From Bispira polyomma (lineage: Eukaryota), in assembly GCA_965649765.1 (NCBI GenBank), contig OZ287756.1, positions 62,868,001 through 62,932,000 of the forward strand: a stretch of 64,000 nucleotides of DNA. Reading direction: 5' to 3'. Below the pieces are notes generated by a model that saw nothing but the letters and a program-made list of their open reading frames with translations, did not search any database and had not been told where the DNA came from. This document shows positions 61,368-64,000 of the stretch, one piece after another; the first letter of the stretch is position 1; each line of letters starts with the position of its first letter. The position numbers were made by a program, and so were the translations under genes.

Positions 61368-61794
61368 TGAAGCTAATGGTTCTTTAGATTTCGGGGACTA
61401 GACCAGGGTATGAAGGCAGTGTACATTTGAAATTCTACATAGTTCAACCTTGTACAGTGAAATAATAAAAGAAACATTTATACAGTTGAAATTCCATTAT
61501 TTAAACTTTTAGAATCCCTCAAAATTTAATTTTCATGAAGTTACAATATATTGTAAATTGTATTATTAGTAATATTCGTTTAATTAAAAGGAGATTTATC
61601 ATGTTTTATTCAAGAGATGCTCTTGGAATATATTGAACCTTGTATAATTATTATGACATTCTATTTATATTTTAATAGACGGTTTACACTTCGACTTAAG
61701 AGACCCGGCAGTGAAACACGGCACCATGGTTAACGGGTTAAATGTTTTATAGCAAAGCAATAAACATCGCAGATAAGCACTGATAGAATTGAAG

Positions 61795-62005
61795 ATATTT
61801 GGGTTTTACGTCACTTTCAACATATTGTGACGGCCAGGATTAGTGATGGGAGAAACCAGTGCTGAAGCACAGTAAACCACCAACCTACAGCAAGTACTAG
61901 ACAAACTTTCTCACATGAAGAAGGAATCTGTGGGATTCAATCCCAAGGGGCAAGAAGCCAATGATTTAAAGCAGACACTTATAACCACAAGGCCACAGCG
62001 GCCCC
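61795..62005 (-). mobile_element. tRNA-derived SINE of a second family, tail related to family A
   Basis: Minus strand reads ggggccgctgtggccttgtggttata...ttgaatcccac...gaaagtttgtctagtacttgc...ggtttctccc...gaaagtgacgtaaaaccc. Confidence 0.7.
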
Positions 62006-64000
62006 AAAGCACGGTGAGAAAGACAAGGTTTTTTTTACTTCTACCTAGTTATGAAAGTAGAAGATAGAGCTTTAATGTTAGTATGTATAATGAAATTGTT
62101 CTATCAATCAAGCGTTCCGTTATAGTTTTGGCCTCAGAAGCTGTATTGTGTGTGGAGACAAATGCTGAAAGGGTGTGTGGGACAAATGCTTTTTTTTTTA
62201 CATAATTTAGACTTTACTGTACACTTGTTACACACTTGTTATGATTCACGTCGAAATAAAACTTCAAGTAATTGCTGATCAGTTTCATAAGGTATTTTGT
62301 ATATATATATTCATTTGTCAAACAGGACAGCCCTCTTGCGAAAAAAGAAAAATGTGCAAGGTATGTAAAGCAATCGCTTGACTTCAGTGATTACCAAGTA
62401 CGTGTGACACTTTTTTAATGTTGCTGCACTAGATCTACACTTTTGTGATACAAAGATACCAACAAGTATGCATTTTACATAAAATAGAATAGGAACTTGA
62501 TAATGTCTGAAATAGTAATGTTTTGGGCCACCTTAGCACTCTTTTTTTTAACTATTAAGTTCATACATACATCTTCGATAAACTCTTCATACCAAAATAT
62601 AAGGTTATCATAAAACTTAATCTAAATGTAAGATTTTCAGATTTTTTATTGATTAGGTTTTACAGTAGAATTTCTATTTTTCGAACATGCTGTTCTGATT
62701 TTGTTCGGATTTTAAGAGAATGTTTATGAAATAAGAAAGTATTTTAGTACAAAACAATACAAATATACCTTGGGGAGAGTGAAAAGGGTTTATGAAATCA
62801 AGTATTTGGATAATATAAATTTAGATAATAGGGGGTTCGGCTATATTGTCTTGTGAATTTCATATATTAGGTATTAAAATTGTTACTTTGAATTTATGAG
62901 AGAAACACAATTACTTCTTTGTCCATTATTCTGGATGAACTTGGGGAGAGGTAAAACTCGTCCAGAGCTTAGAACAACATCCAACCCAGTATTTTAGGAA
63001 TATTTCATAGTCTCACTAAGGCTCTTGCCTTTGGTTTTTTATATTTACATGACAGTGTCATTGTGTAGACAGTACTGGTGAATTGTATATATAAACTGAA
63101 TACAGTGTTTTTTTTAAACATACACAAAGAAAATACCACAGACAAGGCCAGCAGTATCACTATTTCAATACAACCTAAATATAATATGAAGTATACCAAT
63201 CACTACCTAAGTGACACTTTTAGCCTGGGATCAATTCAACTACATGTAGTTAAATTATTTCTTGGAATGTATGTACTGTGTGTTACTATGACATTATGCA
63301 CTCTCAGTAATGACGTCTTTCAACTGAAACGATTAACATCAGTTTAAGTTGTTTTTTTTACTTGGAATCAATTTTAACCACAAATTTAAAGTTTTAACTA
63401 TATATCAGTAAACAAAGAAAATTATGTTAGTACAGGTGACAAGGTCCCAAAATTACCTGTATATAAATACAAAGCCTGTAGCAATATTTCGTGACTTTTT
63501 CCAGCCGACATAAACACAAGACAATACTTTTAGATATATATACCTTATACATAATTTGAAGTGGCTTTCTAGGCTAGGTGTCAGATCTATTTTCTCACCA
63601 CTTGTTTTGGACACTAAAGTAGTCATTCAGGCATTTACAAAGTGGCTATTTTTAGAATGAATGACTCAATCATTTGTTTGGATAAATAGTAATCCACCAA
63701 TAACAGCAAACTTTGACAAGGAAGTAATTTAGTTTCTCTCATAAATACAAAGTAACCAATTTACCACTTAATATATTAAACCAGACAATACAGCAGAGCC
63801 ACCAAACTTCTATTATCCAAATATTTGATTTTATTAATAACCCTTTAGAGACAAGGTCTGTTTACAACACTCCCCCCCATATTTTTACAGTGCACACCCT
63901 TAAATAAAGAATGCTCATTGGTTGTTGCAGCCAAATAGTTCACTCTAAAGAGGTGTTCATTGGTCGGAAGTACTGTACAATTCACCAGTATCCAAACGGG

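Overview
AT-rich, repeat-rich animal genomic DNA. The SINE and retrotransposon types suggest a lophotrochozoan invertebrate (inference). Host genes: an ankyrin-repeat + C-terminal CARD gene whose 5' end appears split by a 380-bp insertion; two orphan two-exon genes on the minus strand (about 950 aa Ser-rich and about 294 aa Cys-rich); and two diverged paralogous alpha-helical (TPR-like) ORFs at 39.0-40.3 kb and 59.9-61.4 kb. Between the paralogs lie two tyrosine-recombinase (YR) retrotransposons only about 130 bp apart: a decayed but structurally complete DIRS1-type element (ITRs + ICR) and an apparently intact, very young Ngaro-type element (split direct repeats A1-gag-pol-YR-B1-A2-spacer-B2). 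A decayed Ngaro relative lies at 22.4-25.1 kb. The most striking observation is a readable expression programme in the intact Ngaro. (i) A canonical -1 ribosomal frameshift cassette (A_AAA_AAC, 6-nt spacer, hairpin) would fuse gag to the ATG-less start of pol. (ii) An in-phase splice from a donor inside gag to an acceptor in front of the YR ORF would give a Gag(N)-YR fusion; the acceptor position is conserved in the decayed relative. (iii) A long-range RNA stem in repeat B is also conserved in the relative. The remainder is tRNA-derived SINEs, MITEs and microsatellites. No CRISPR arrays, rRNA or true tRNA genes were seen.
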